Of a DNA stretch of 64,000 nucleotides, positions 39,223-51,123 are shown piece by piece. The stretch is from Podarcis muralis. Lineage: Eukaryota. Position 1 is the stretch's first letter. Each line of letters opens with the position of its first letter. The stretch covers positions 67,332,001-67,396,000 of the forward strand of contig NC_135657.1 in assembly GCF_964188315.1 (NCBI RefSeq). Direction: 5' to 3'. The translations under genes and the position numbers were made by a program. The notes under the pieces were generated by a model. That model made no database searches. It saw only the letters and a program-made list of their open reading frames with translations, and was not told the origin of the DNA.

Positions 39223-39850
39223 AATAATAATAATAATAATTTATTATTTATACCCCGCCCATCTGGCTGGGTTTCCCCAGCCACTCTGGGCGGCTTCCAA
39301 CTGAATATTAAAAACAGTACAGCATCAAACATTAAAAACTTCCCTAAAGAGGGCTGCCTTCAGATGACTTTTAAAAGTAAAATAGTTGTTTATTGCTTTG
39401 ACATCTGCTGGGAGGGCGTTCCACAGGGCAGGAGCCACTACCGAGAAGGCCCTCTGCCTGGTTCCCTGTAACCTTACTTCTCGCAATGAGGGAACCGCCA
39501 GAAGGCCCTCGGCGCTGGATCTCAGTGTCCGGGCTGAACGATGGGGGTGGAGACGCTCCTTCAGATATACTGGACCGAGGCCGTTTAGGGCTTTAAAGGT
39601 CAGCACCAACACTTTGAATTGTGCTCGGAAACGTACTGGGAGCCAATGCAGATCTCTCAGAACTGGTGTTATGTGGTCCCGGCGGCCACTCCCAGTCACC
39701 AGTCTAGCGGCCGCATTCTGGATTAATTGCAGTTTCCGGGTCACCTTCAAAGGTAGCCCCACGTAGAGCGCGTTGCAGTAGTCCAAGCGGGAGATAACTA
39801 GAGCATGCACCACTCTGGCAAGACAGTCTGCGGGCAGGTAGGGTCTTAGC
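39223..39850 (-). mobile_element. Young 5'-truncated L2 LINE with intact ORF2 C-terminus and (ATT)n tail
   Basis: ORF 39325-39813: SRLDYCNALYVGLP...LHWLPVRFRAQFKVLVLTFKAL...RAFSVVAPALWNALP; tail at 39223-39250. Confidence 0.96.
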
Positions 39851-40267
39851 TTCTTTGAAGTCTCTCAGCCCCACTCACCTCACAGAGTGTTTGTTGTGGG
39901 GGAGGAAGGGAAAGGAGAATGTTAGCTGCTTTGAGACTCCTTTGGGTAGTGATAAAGCGGGATATCAAATCCAAACTCTTCTTCCTGCTCCCAGGCCTCT
40001 TGATACAAGATACCAAGGCTAGGTTTTTTGCGTGGTGGCCCCACATTTTTTGAATTCTTTGGTGTTTTAAAAGAACATTTTCATTTCAGCCTGCATGGCA
40101 TTCGTTGCTGTTGACATTAACTTGCCCTACTGCATTTTAAGGGAGGTGTAATGTGTTTGAATTGGATGATTATCTAATTATGTTTTATTGTGACTATGAC
40201 TGTTTATTTATGGACTCTTGTATCCCATCTTGAAGGGACTGTCTTAAAAGTGGGTCATAAATAAATA

Positions 40268-40493
40268 CAGTGGTACCTTGGGTTATGAACACTTTGGGTT
40301 ACAGACTCCGCTAACCTGGAAGTAGTACCTCGGGTTAAGAACTTTACCTCAGAATGAGAACAGAAATCGCATGCCGGCAGCGCGGCAGCAGAAGGAAGCC
40401 CCATTAGCTAAAGTGGTACCTCAGGTTAAGAACGGTTTCAGGTTAAGAACGGACCTCCAGAACGAATTAAGTTTGTAACCAGAGGTACCACTG
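40268..40493. mobile_element. Tc1/pogo-type MITE, copy 2
   Basis: TIR cagtggtacct / aggtaccactg; TA on the left, TG on the right; 226 bp, same internal sequence as 12753. Confidence 0.9.
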
Positions 40494-40612
40494 TGTATAC
40501 AAGATGATCAAGCAACCCTGGATGCGAGCTCTTTTACATTGGGGTGACGTAATCATCTTTATTTCCCTAGAAACTACAATTTTATTTTTTCTAACATCAG
40601 GTAAAAGTAAGT

Positions 40613-40680
40613 AATAATAATAAATTTTTATTTGAATCCCGCCCTCCCCAGCCGAGGCTGGTCTCAGAGCGGCTAACATG
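40613..40680 (-). mobile_element. L2 3'-terminal fragment
   Basis: (TAA)n tail + 'tcccgccctccccagccgaggctggtctcagagcggctaaca', antisense to the terminus at 33138-33190. Confidence 0.8.
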
Positions 40681-40756
40681 TAGTCCAATGTACACTGAAA
40701 ATAGCCACGGAGATAACTAGCTAAGCAAGTGAACGTATGCACATTATGGTGAGGCT

Positions 40757-41000
40757 ACCTATTTATTTCCTTTTACATTCACATTCTGCCTTTCCTCCAA
40801 GGAACTCAAGGTGGCATGCATGTTTCTCCCCCTCTCCATTTTATCCCCCCCCCCCCACAACCCTCTGAAGAAGGTTCAGATTCAGGGCTGTGACTGGCCC
40901 AAGAGTCACACTGGCTCACTGAGATTCATGGCTGAGTAAGGATTTGAACCCTGGTCCTCTAAATCCTGCTCCAACACCCTGACCACTGCACCATGCTACT
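40757..41000 (-). mobile_element. MIR/Ther1-related SINE (Squam3-like), near full length
   Basis: 'ctgcctttcctccaaggaactcaaggtggc...acaaccctctg...gtgactggcccaag...catggctgagtaaggatttgaaccctggtc...gaccactgcacca'. Confidence 0.7.
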
Positions 41001-41674
41001 GCCTGTCTTGGTAAATGGACATCAGAACAGGAGAGGAAAGGACACAGATTCCTTTCCCCTGTAGCACAGCTTGCCAAGTGGAGTCATTTGGCTAATCTGT
41101 TGAGTACAAAGACTTCTGCCAGATCCATGCTGGGTGCATTCTAGTTACAATCTTACAATAGAGGGCTAGCTTATTTTTGACACCTTCACAGACAGTTGCT
41201 GTGCTCTGCTGCTTTTTAATTAGTATAACAGAAAGAGAAAAAGACCCAGCCCACCAGCAGAAGAAACCCCCATGGTCTACTTTGGCTTGTTGTGTTTTGT
41301 TTTCCAAGACCAAGAAAAAGATCATGGCACATCCGTAAGCGATCCTGGCGCTAAGTGCTCACTTTTAGCCAGCTAAGTCTTCTTAGCTATCATTATCTTC
41401 TTATTGGACTGGACAGCGGGCTCCCTTATCTACTGGCTCCCTTCTGCTGGATAAGATTCTTGAGCTGAATGGGCTTATTTGCTGCCTTGCTTCTCCTGTT
41501 GTGAATAAATCCCAGGTTCAGGCAAGTGAGGCGCCTTGAGAGAAACACTGATACGGTATACTTCCCTTGCCCTCTGGCACCCTTTCTGGGCAGCCAGAAG
41601 AAAGTTAATAAACCAGGCCTTCCACTGCAGCAATCACAATTTCGCACTTTCATGCTCAGGTTTGGTACAGACAA

Positions 41675-42021
41675 CAGGGACGCGGACTTATAAAAAATAT
41701 TGGGGGGGCCCGGGAAAGCTCATGAATAATAAATAAGCTCATGAATATGCAAATAAAGTGGCGCCGCCTCCTCGTGAGCGAATAGGGGAGAGCGTGCTGC
41801 GCCTATTAATCAGCTCCAAAGGAAATTGGGTGGAGCTTTTGCTCGGGAGGGAGGGCAGGAGGCATGCAGCCCGCCCCTCCCTGTGCATTTTGGGCTGGGG
41901 GAGGGGCTGCGATGGCGCTCTGCTGGAGGGGCGCCGGAGATTATTGGGGGGGCGGAGCCCCCCCAAACGAATTTTTGAGGGGGCTCGGGCCCCCTCAAGC
42001 CCCATGGAGTCGGCGCCTATG
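41675..42021. mobile_element. GC/CpG-rich hAT MITE (347 bp)
   Basis: Perfect 8-bp TSD acagacaa (41667-41674, 42022-42029); imperfect TIR cagggacgcggact / agtcggcgcctatg. Confidence 0.9.
41738..41754 (+). promoter_or_regulatory. Heptamer-octamer POU-binding motif CTCATGAATATGCAAAT inside the hAT MITE
   Basis: Exact heptamer CTCATGA and octamer ATGCAAAT separated by 2 bp; function not shown. Confidence 0.45.
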
Positions 42022-42567
42022 ACAGACAATCATCGTTATTGCTTCTCCCCCACCCGCAAGGCAACAGCAAACTTTCCCCTTAGCACATCTAACTCTGATC
42101 CTGCAAGAGGAATGTGGCCAACAAGGAGAGAAGCTTGCTCATAGCGAGGAATGCCTTGCAGTGGCAGGGACAAGGGAGAGGTGAATGTGTTTGCTTCTTG
42201 AAGAAAGAGGCGCAGGGGAGAGGTGTGATCTATAGCTGGAGGAGGGATGCTAATCAACAAGGAAACCTACCGTAATTCTCCCATTAGTAATTTATTTGTA
42301 CATACAAAACCGTAGTTGTTCACATTCACAGCTCATGCTGTGGCATGGATCCAAAGCTGTCTTGCATGAGCAAGACGGCGCTTCCTCTTGCACAAGGCAC
42401 TCCATCCAGATTCTACTTTCCCCTTGTCAGCATCGCCCTTGTGCCAGTGCCACCAACTGGACTCACACACTTCAGCCCCGACTGGGCTAGGCGAGCTGGG
42501 TAGCACTTCCAGAGACCACCTTCTGCACAGGAACAGGTCAAAGTGCTGTGGACTCACAGCTTACAGT

Positions 42568-42911
42568 TGTGAGCACCGGATTCACTTCCGAATACAGTCG
42601 TCGCACAGCAGAGTATAGCAGAGCATAAACGACTCGGAGAGCAGCTCTGTAGAATATCTTCTTTTATTCTATCTACAACTATAATACACAACTATGTACA
42701 GAGCTAAATGAGGTCTAAATGATAAAGCTGAACTGCACTGAGTCTTGCACTGCACTGCACTGCAGCTGCTCTTAGCAGCAACCTTATCTATACACACAAT
42801 CTCTCTCTAACACTCAGTCTCTCTCTCTCCCCGACACTTTGATGTGAGGCTGCAGCGGAATAAGTAGAGAGCAGAAACTGCCCCTCCTCTCTGGAGAATC
42901 AGCAGAGAACA
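42568..42911 (-). mobile_element. Possible solo LTR
   Basis: On the minus strand: TG...CA ends, TATA-like 'tatagataag', then AATAAA, then a CpG-containing U5-like segment; no clean TSD. Confidence 0.4.
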
Positions 42912-43154
42912 TCAGCAGATTCTTGGATATGGGAGGGGTGAAATCTCCTCACCCCTGTCCTGCTGCAGTTCCCCACATCCCTTCCCATGCTGTTCCAAGG
43001 GGCCCTTAACCCTCAAAAGCAGCTTTTGGGAGGAGCCAGGCCATGAAAGTCCCATTGTGGAAGCAGAGTTCTGCTCACTCTTCTCTGCATCCAACCCTGT
43101 ATCTAGTTGTTGCACCACTTCCACAGGACCTTTCTTCAGGGATTTGAAGAAAAG

Positions 43155-43947
43155 TTCTACCTCTCTTTCAAATCAGAACCAGTGAAGGCGGTGAAGGTCC
43201 TGTGTGAGTGGTTGGAGGATGCATGGCGGTTAACAGATTGAGGTTGAATCCTGACAAGACAGAAGTACTGTTTTTGGGGGACAGGAGGCAGGTGGGTATG
43301 GAGGACTCCCTGGTCCTGAATGGGGTAACTGTGCCCCTGAAGGACCAGGTCGCAGCCTGGGAGTCATTCTGGACTCACAGCTGTCCATGGAGGCACAGGT
43401 CAATTCTGTGTCCAGGGCAGCTGTTTATCAGCTCCATCTGGTATGCAGGCTGAGACCCTATCTGCCCGCAGACTGTCTCGCCAGAGTGGTGCATGCTCTA
43501 GTTATCTCTCGCTTGGACTACTGCAATGCACTCTATGTCACCTTTGAAGGTGACCCAGAAACTACAACAAATCCAGAATGTGGCAGCTAGACTGGTGACT
43601 GGGAGCGGTCGCTGAGACCATATAACACCGGTCTTGAAAGACCTACATTGGCTCCCAGTACGTTTCCGAGCACAATTCAAAGTGTTGGTGCTGACCTTTA
43701 AAGCCCTAAATGGCCTCGGTCCAGTATACCTGAAGGAGCGTCTCCACCTCCATCGTTCTGCCGGACACTGAGGTCCAGTGCCGAGGGCCTTCTGGCGTTT
43801 CCCTCGCTGCGAGAAGCCAAGTTACAGGGAACCAGGCAGAGGGCCTTCTCGGTAGTGGCACCTGCCCTGTGGAATGCCCTCCCACCAGATGTCAAAGAGA
43901 ACAACCACTACCAAACTTTTAGAAGACATCTGAAGGCAGCCCTGTTT
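43155..43947 (+). mobile_element. L2 ORF2 fragment, same family as 39223-39850, frameshifted and lacking its 3' UTR/tail
   Basis: NRLRLNPDKTEVL, SRLDYCNALY, HWLPVRFRAQFKVLVLTFKAL, WNALPPDV; ends abruptly at 'gcagccctgttt'. Confidence 0.95.
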
Positions 43948-43992
43948 ACATGTTTTATCCCCAAGAGCACTCTTGAGTTCAGCTTAGGCAGA

Positions 43993-43993
<1 letters not shown>

Positions 43994-44026
<33 letters not shown>
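43994..44026. repeat. (CA)n microsatellite
   Basis: Direct reading. Confidence 0.95.
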
Positions 44027-44029
<3 letters not shown>

Positions 44030-44059
44030 TTCCAGATAGCAAAAGCAGACCATAGCATA

Positions 44060-44190
44060 GGACTGGGGAACCTTCAGCCCACCAGATATTCCTGAACTAC
44101 AACTCCCATTAGCTCTAGCAAGCATAGCCAATGGCCAGGGATGATGAGCAGCATCGGGGGGGGGGCGGTGTCAAAGGTTCCCCATATCTT
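44060..44190. mobile_element. Degraded ~130-bp hAT-type palindromic MITE
   Basis: 'ggggaacc...ccagat...ctacaactccc...gggatgatg...ggttcccc' is related to 49073-49208; similar remnants at ~18300-18400, 60965-61080 and 62563-62690. Confidence 0.6.
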
Positions 44191-45034
44191 CCATACTGAG
44201 AAATTGAAGAGCTGTGATGTTCACACAATACCAGAAATGTTCTTCTAAGATTGTTATGAGCTGTATCAGACCATATTTAAAAGAAATTATCACAGAGGTA
44301 AGCTTGAAATTCCAAGTCAGAAATGCTGAAAGCTTTTGGATCTTCCCCTCATTTTATTTTATTTTATTTTATTTTATTATCTTAGTTTATTTTATTTACC
44401 CCTTGCTCCAGTCACGTGAGCTCCTGATTCTGTGAGCAAAGGCACTCTGATATCGACAAAATCTGATATCTCACTTACAAGGTCTGACTATTCATTTCAA
44501 GATGGAGGCATCTCTGTCAACACTGAGAATCTTATGTGCCAAAGGGCTCAGTATGCATATTGTATACAATGTATACAAGAAGTAATAGAAGGTGAGTTCA
44601 GTGGGGCTTACTCCTAACTATAAGACTGTAGCCTTGGATGCCAGTCTTGAAATTTCTCTAGCATGAATATATTTTAAAACGGGGGGGGGGGGAGCAAGCT
44701 GCATATTTTACTTTGCTTGACAATGAGGAGCTAAATGCAAAAGCCAACATTCACTTTTCACAAAGGATGTCAGAGGAATCTGTTGAAAATGGACCATCAA
44801 GCAGATTTCCTTCCATCTGCCTGTTTTAAATCCATCATGGAACAGACACTTGCTATCCATATTTTTCACTTTTGTTCTCTCCCAAAACATTGTTTTTAAT
44901 ATGCAGGCACCATACATAAATAGAATCATAATTGCTTGCAATTTACATATTCATAGGTGTATAAATGCTGCTGTCCATTGTTGTTGCTTCTCTGAATTGG
45001 TTATTCATTGCCAAAGACAGCATCTATCCTCTAA

Positions 45035-45124
45035 GGCTGCAATCCTACGCATCTCTACTCAGAAGTAAACCCCACTGGAGTCAGTGGTTCTTACTCCCAG
45101 GTAAATGGTTTTAGGATTGTAGCC
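45035..45124. mobile_element. 90-bp palindromic MITE (superfamily unresolved)
   Basis: TIR ggctgcaatccta / taggattgtagcc; flanked ctaa/ttaa (TA- or TWA-type TSD ambiguous); related copies at 45800-45894 and ~23292-23325. Confidence 0.75.
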
Positions 45125-47611
45125 TTAATCCAATTCCTACTGTTAATTTTAAAAACAAGAGCTATACATTGTACATAATTCTTTTCTCATGGAAAGAAGT
45201 TACCTCTTTTATTAGCTATAGTTCTTTTATCTGTGCTCCTCAGTTAAAGTTAAACTGGATTTGACTGCTCATTTTTACCATTTATCCACCCCCTAAATCT
45301 TTGTTTCAAAAACTTTGTTTTAAAATGGCATAATGAAGCAGTGCAATACACAGTCAGTGAAGTAGTGCAGGTAGACATGATGCAAAATGTGGAGGTCAAA
45401 GTATTGCTAGGTGCATTTTTAAAAATCACAAACTAGAGAATCAAAAGATAAATTTAGAAATTAAATTATTAGGCTTCACTTAAATATGTTCATGAAAACA
45501 TAAATCAGACACATAAATGTCTGATTAAAAAATCAGACATACAAAATCAGACACACAAATCATCGACAGGCACCATTTTCTGATTAAAATAAACATTTAT
45601 GAAATAAAATGTCACAATAAAAGGACTTATATGTGGTTACCTGGAATTACACGGAGTGAAGGAGTAACTCAGATAATCCAGGACAAAAAGAGCAAAAAAG
45701 GGAAGAAGAATGCTAAACTAACCTCCCTAATCCATGAGTGAGGGAAATGAGCCAGGATGACAAATTTATACTGAACTGTGAAATCTAGGTAGCAAGATGG
45801 GCTGCAGTATACACCCCACTTACCTAGGAGTAAGCCCAATTGAATTCAGTGGGATTTGTATCTGAGTACTGTAGATATGATTAGAATTGCAGCCAGAGAT
45901 GGATTTGTGAGGGGTTATTAACTTTCTCTTTAAGACCCTTTGTTCTTTTTGCTTCAAAGGACTAAGAGAGCTACCCCTCTAGAAATTCATTAACTTTGAA
46001 AGGGAACACACAGGGAAGGTAATTAATTTGTAAATATCTATTGATGGCTGAAATATGCATGGCCATTGTGCTCTATGATACACATTATATATGCATCAAA
46101 ATGGGTCAGAGAACAAGAAAAAGAAGAAAGACTCCTGTAAAATAAAGCAATTGCAGCGGAAGAGAAAATACCAGGTGAAAGGGCAAATGAATGTCAGAAG
46201 AATACAAGGCACGTTTCTACATCCCTGCTTGTAGCTGTGCGTAGATTTCTACTTATTTCTATGCAGGGATCTCCCGGAGGAAGTGTCCTCTTAAGAACTA
46301 TGCCAGAATTGAGTTTACCCCTCCTTGCTTTTGGCAGCTGCACTGGTAATAACTGTCTCCTTTTATTAATATTGTTTTTATCTAGAGTTCTAATGGCCAT
46401 CCCACACAGGTGAAATGAAAGACATTTATTTTGTCTCTAACACTTCTTTGGAAAGGGAAAAAAATCAATGTATTGGACTAATTTGCTGAATAACTTTTCT
46501 CTCTCTGGGAGAAACAGCCCTTGAGGGTTGGCCTTCTCACCTGGAATGTTCAGAGACTAATTGCAAATTACTCTGCCTCTGATGAGGAATCCAGATGCTG
46601 AGAGTGCCCTGGACTGTGAGCACTGAGTTCTAATGTGATCAGCAATGACAGTGCTGATTATGGGCACGTTCCTAGAGGACATGTGCGTTGTTTCTATAAT
46701 GCTAATCAGTATCTTCATAAAAAGTGACAGAAATAGCACGTTGTGGCTGGAGAACCCTGAAGTAATCAAACATTTAGACCTGCATGAATGAACTCGCTCT
46801 TGTCTTCCACCGGTGGTGGAAACAGAACCAGAACCATTCCAAAATCGGAATTTAATCAGATCAAGCAAATAAAATACAAAAGTTCCTGTTTGGTTTTGAC
46901 TTTTGCAATTAGACAGGTACTAATATGTGTCAGCAATATGAAAAAGTAGGGATGTTTCCAAGCTGGTGGGAGGCATTTCTTCAGTTCTCCATAAGCTCAA
47001 GAAAGGCCAGTAGATTAATAACTGCTGCTGCTAATACTTGTGCAAATACAGCGATGCTTGCATGAAGCGAGGGCGTATTTACATAGGCACAGTGGATCAA
47101 AAGTCCCACAATGATTCAGTAGACTGCAAAGTACAAAGTACCATTTCACATAAAGTGAGGGTTTGTTTAATAGGACAGGTGTGAGTTTCAGATGGATGGG
47201 TACTTGCTTTAGCTAAAGAACCAGGCCTTCTGTATGATTTGATGAAATGGTCACATTCACTATTCTGAGAAAACAGATTCTCTAAGAAAATTTCAGGTGG
47301 GTGGCTGGGTGTGCTGCTTTTACACACCCGGTGTTTTTCTTTCAGGAGGTACGCAGTACCTGAACCTCTTGTTGTTGTTGTTAAGCAGTGTGGCGCTTAC
47401 TATAACAACTTTGTGGTGAGTACTGGCACCTATTTTGGGGGTGGGGTGGAGCAATCATTACCATCCAATCTGTAAAATATTGTTCAATGCCATCAGTTTA
47501 TACACATGGTGCTCAAAGGTGTTTTGCAGTGGCTGCCCTAATGATGCCCAGCAAACTGTCTAATGTACAAGCCCAGAGAATCCCTGCTGCAGCTTCACAC
47601 AAAACATACTG

Positions 47612-47684
47612 TAGAATCATAGAATCATAGAGTTGGAATAGACCACAAGGGCCATCGAGTCCAACCCCCTGCCAAGCAGGAAAC
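47612..47684 (-). mobile_element. ~70-bp 3'-terminal stub of the young CR1 family
   Basis: Matches 37941-38012 except one base; 6-bp TSD actgta (47608-47613, 47683-47688). Confidence 0.92.
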
Positions 47685-49072
47685 TGTACATCAAGTCCAT
47701 TCCTACATAGGGGGGGAAAAAACCTCTGCTTCAACTGGTAGTTGCTCTAGAACTGCAAAAATAAGGCAAAGGACACTCTGGCCTTTGCCATTAGCTAGAG
47801 AAATAAGGTCTACTAGGAGTTGACCTCCCTCCTAGGGAGTCATCATGCAACTCAGTAACAGAGGGTTCATCATGAGTCAGGGGTCTCCTTGTGAGAAAGG
47901 ACTCTCTGAAGCACTTTCACCACTAGCAGCTGTTGGGGGTGTGGCCTGTGAGGTCAGAGTATCAGGTCAACATTTTGAGCCTTCCACTAAGAAAGAAATT
48001 ACCATATGTGACAGATAATATATATTCAAAACAAGGAGACCCTTGCTTCATAACTGACTACTTGGCCCTCATTTCCCCATCCAATTTCGGAAGCTGATAT
48101 GAGGGTGCTGGGGTCTTCATAACTTAGCAGCTCAAATACCCCGACTCCTGCTTTATTGAAGTTTTATGATTTAGAAGGGCCTGCAACACTAGTGTCGGCA
48201 GTCACAATTTCATTTATTTCTTTGTGTTAAATCTTTTCTTTTCTTTTTTTAAAAAATGTTCCTGGTCATGGCGCCACACTAAACTAATTTCCACAGATAA
48301 ATGTATTCTTATTCATAATATTACTCGGGGCTAAAGGGTCAAGTACTATGGCTCCATCATTTTATGATAGCTAATAATGTTTTTAGCTTGCATAGCTACA
48401 AATAAGGCAGTTAATTGAATCTCGGCCTTCAGGGCATAAGCTGATTAACTATATGAGTTAGGAAAGAAATCTTCCTTCTGTTCTTGCCTATGTGCACAAA
48501 AGAAGGAGCATGCACTCACACATACACAGGACTTTGCCTTCAGCAAGATCGTATCCCACCAGCTACACATGATAGCCCTCTGGAGGCTTGTTCCAATGGC
48601 TAGAAGCTGCTTTCCTCTGAGAACAAGTTGCTGGGAAGCAACCATCAGGGAGGACTGGTGTGTTCATGTCTGCTTGTGGGCTTCCTGGAGGCATCTGTTT
48701 GGCCACTGTGGGAAACAGGATTTAGGGTTATTTAGAGTCTCTTCTTTTGTGTATTGCTGAATCATTGCACACACACATCACCAGAAGCTGCTGGCGCATG
48801 CAACTGAAGGCGCTCTCTTCCTGCTACCACACCCAGATGCCCCCTCTCCAATATTCAATCATGCACAGTCTTTTCTGCTTAGCCTCTGGCATTTGGCAAT
48901 CTACTCTACAACAGTCAACTATGATTTGTGTGTTGGTAATGTGAGAGGCTTTTCCAGACAGTAAAATCCTCCAAATACTTTGGGCTGCATTAGAACATTT
49001 TCACTGTGATAGAAAAACCAATAAATCATGACACTGATCTTCAACTACAATGAAAATGCATACAGTCTATAC

Positions 49073-49208
49073 CAGGCTTCCTCAGCTTCGGCCCTCCAGA
49101 TGTTTTTGGCCTACAACTCCCATGATCCCTAGCTAGCAGGACTAGTGGTCAGGGATGATGGGAATTGTAGTCTCAAAACATTTGGAGGGCCGAGGTTGAG
49201 GAAGCCTG
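49073..49208. mobile_element. 136-bp near-palindromic hAT MITE
   Basis: Long TIR caggcttcctca.c.tcggccctcca.atg; perfect 8-bp TSD gtctatac (49065-49072, 49209-49216) with central TA (Buster-type preference). Confidence 0.93.
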
Positions 49209-49545
49209 GTCTATACGTATACCACCATCAACAAAGAGATCAGATATATTATTTATGAAAACAGAGAAGCTTTGTACAATTTCAGTTAACCACACTTAAG
49301 TCCTTCTTTCATTGCAGAAGCCACTAAAACACGTGCAAAGAAGATGCTGTATTATTTGACCTGGCATCATCTATGATTCTATCTATATCATTCATTCATT
49401 CATTCATTCATTTAAAAACATTTTCCCCATCTGTAATGTATCTCAAAATCTTTGTTTGTGCCATCAGCACAACAGTCCAACAGGCATCCTAGTCCCTTGA
49501 AGAATAGACTTCAGAACAGAGATGTAAACTTACCCCTCCCACAGA

Positions 49546-49870
49546 GAAGGGCCATGGTTCAGTGGTATAGCATATTTTGCATGCAGAAGGTCCCAAGTTC
49601 AATTCTCTAGGTAGGGCTGGGAAACACTCCTGTCTGAAATCCTGGAGAGCCACTGCCAGTCAGTATAGAGTTCTTCAACTTGGATACCCATTTGTTGTTG
49701 GACTACAATTCCCAGCATCCCTAACAATTATCTAAGGTAACCAGGGATGATGGGAATTGTAGTCCAACAACCTTGTAGACCCAAGGTTGAAGAACTCTGG
49801 GATAGACAATACTGAGCTGGATGGACCATTGGTCTGACACAGTATAAGGGAGTTTCCTGTGCCCCTATGT
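49546..49870 (+). mobile_element. Squam2-like tRNA SINE interrupted by a 134-bp hAT-type MITE (49666-49799)
   Basis: Head 'gggccatggttcagtggtatagcat...gcagaaggtcccaagttcaatt'; the SINE resumes at 'tagacaatactgagctggatggacc'; insert TIR tagagttcttcaac / gttgaagaactctg. Confidence 0.8.
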
Positions 49871-51047
49871 CCACACTTCACTCTTTTACAGTGTACCTTT
49901 TGGCAGCAAGAAAGGGAAGCAGACTTCTCATAGGCCTGCTGTCCACATTCCTTCCACACCAGAGACATCGTCCTCTGCTTTCTCTTCCCAACTGTTTGCA
50001 CACAGGGCCACAGAGCAGCCAACAACCCCCTGTATGATTTAATCCATATCACTTCTGGTAGTTCTCAACTACTGGAAGTTGCTTCACCTGTACTGATAGC
50101 GCAAACCAAGAGAGTCATAATGGTGGACATGCACAGCTCAGACAACATAAGAATACCCATCACAGACACGACTCCTACTGCTCAGGGGTTCACTCCTGTT
50201 TGCTCTCACCTCAGGCTCACAATAATAGAGCCAATCCAAAAATGTTCAGAGAGGGGTGGCTTGCGGAACCCTTAACACATGAAAATGCACTTGGGCAGCA
50301 TTACCTGTTTGATCTGCAGAACTGGCACTACTACAAACACCTCACAATGTTTATTCCCAATTTGCATGGAGCCACAACTTCAGTATGAGAGCAATTGTGC
50401 TCTGGAACTGACTGGCTGTTGGAGAAGAAAGGAGGGGAAAAACAGGAGGAGGTGGATGAAATGGAGTAATTGAGAAGAGAGCGTGGCTAGCTGGAACTCT
50501 GAACAGAAGCACTCAGCACAGAAATATTTGTTGCAGCAAGGGACACTTGTACACTTAAAATTGATGCCATAAAATATAAAATAGAACCCCCAAGAACTTA
50601 GTGCATTTTGGGGGGAGTGGAAGCAATCCATCAGCCTGAGAGAGATTTGAATTTATTATTTAATAGCATACTGGGGGTATACCAGCCAGTGGTTTTTGAG
50701 AGTTAGATGTGTGTGCGCACAGGAGCACGCCTGATTTGAACATTTCTGTTCTTTCTGTGAAATTTGACATACTTCTGAGTCTTAGACCTGGTCAATGTGG
50801 AATATAAATAACAAGCCACATAATGACTAGTTATGTGCTCAGAATGAAGCTGTGAGAATCAAATGAGTATCAACGTCAGAAGGCAGTCTATTTATTAAAC
50901 ACCATAGGAAGCTGCAACAATGGCACGGGTGTGAAGATGAGGGTCAGGAGGCATTCAGAGAGGAAAGCAGGCAGTTCTAGGGATGGGGCAGAGTTGCTGA
51001 GGAGCCACAGGGAAGAATGGGAAATGTATCTTTTCAAAGCAAAGCCC

Positions 51048-51122
<75 letters not shown>

Positions 51123-51123
51123 A
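51048..51123. repeat. (AGAA)n tetranucleotide microsatellite, ~19 units
   Basis: Direct reading. Confidence 0.97.

Larger units (their letters stand above)
37923..39984 (+). mobile_element. tRNA-derived SINE in three pieces (37923-37933, 39127-39222, 39850-39984), split by CR1 and L2 insertions
   Basis: The pieces join into gccagtgtggtgtagtggttaagagc...gggttcg...gaccttcggctagt|cttctttgaagtctctcagcc...aaagcgggatatcaaatccaaactcttcttc; the 3' two-thirds matches the uninterrupted copy at 33200-33371. Confidence 0.88.

Noticed and set aside
41905-41935. CTCF site in the GC-rich MITE
   Set aside because: CCAGCAGAGCGCC mismatches the core GGC positions; too weak to call.
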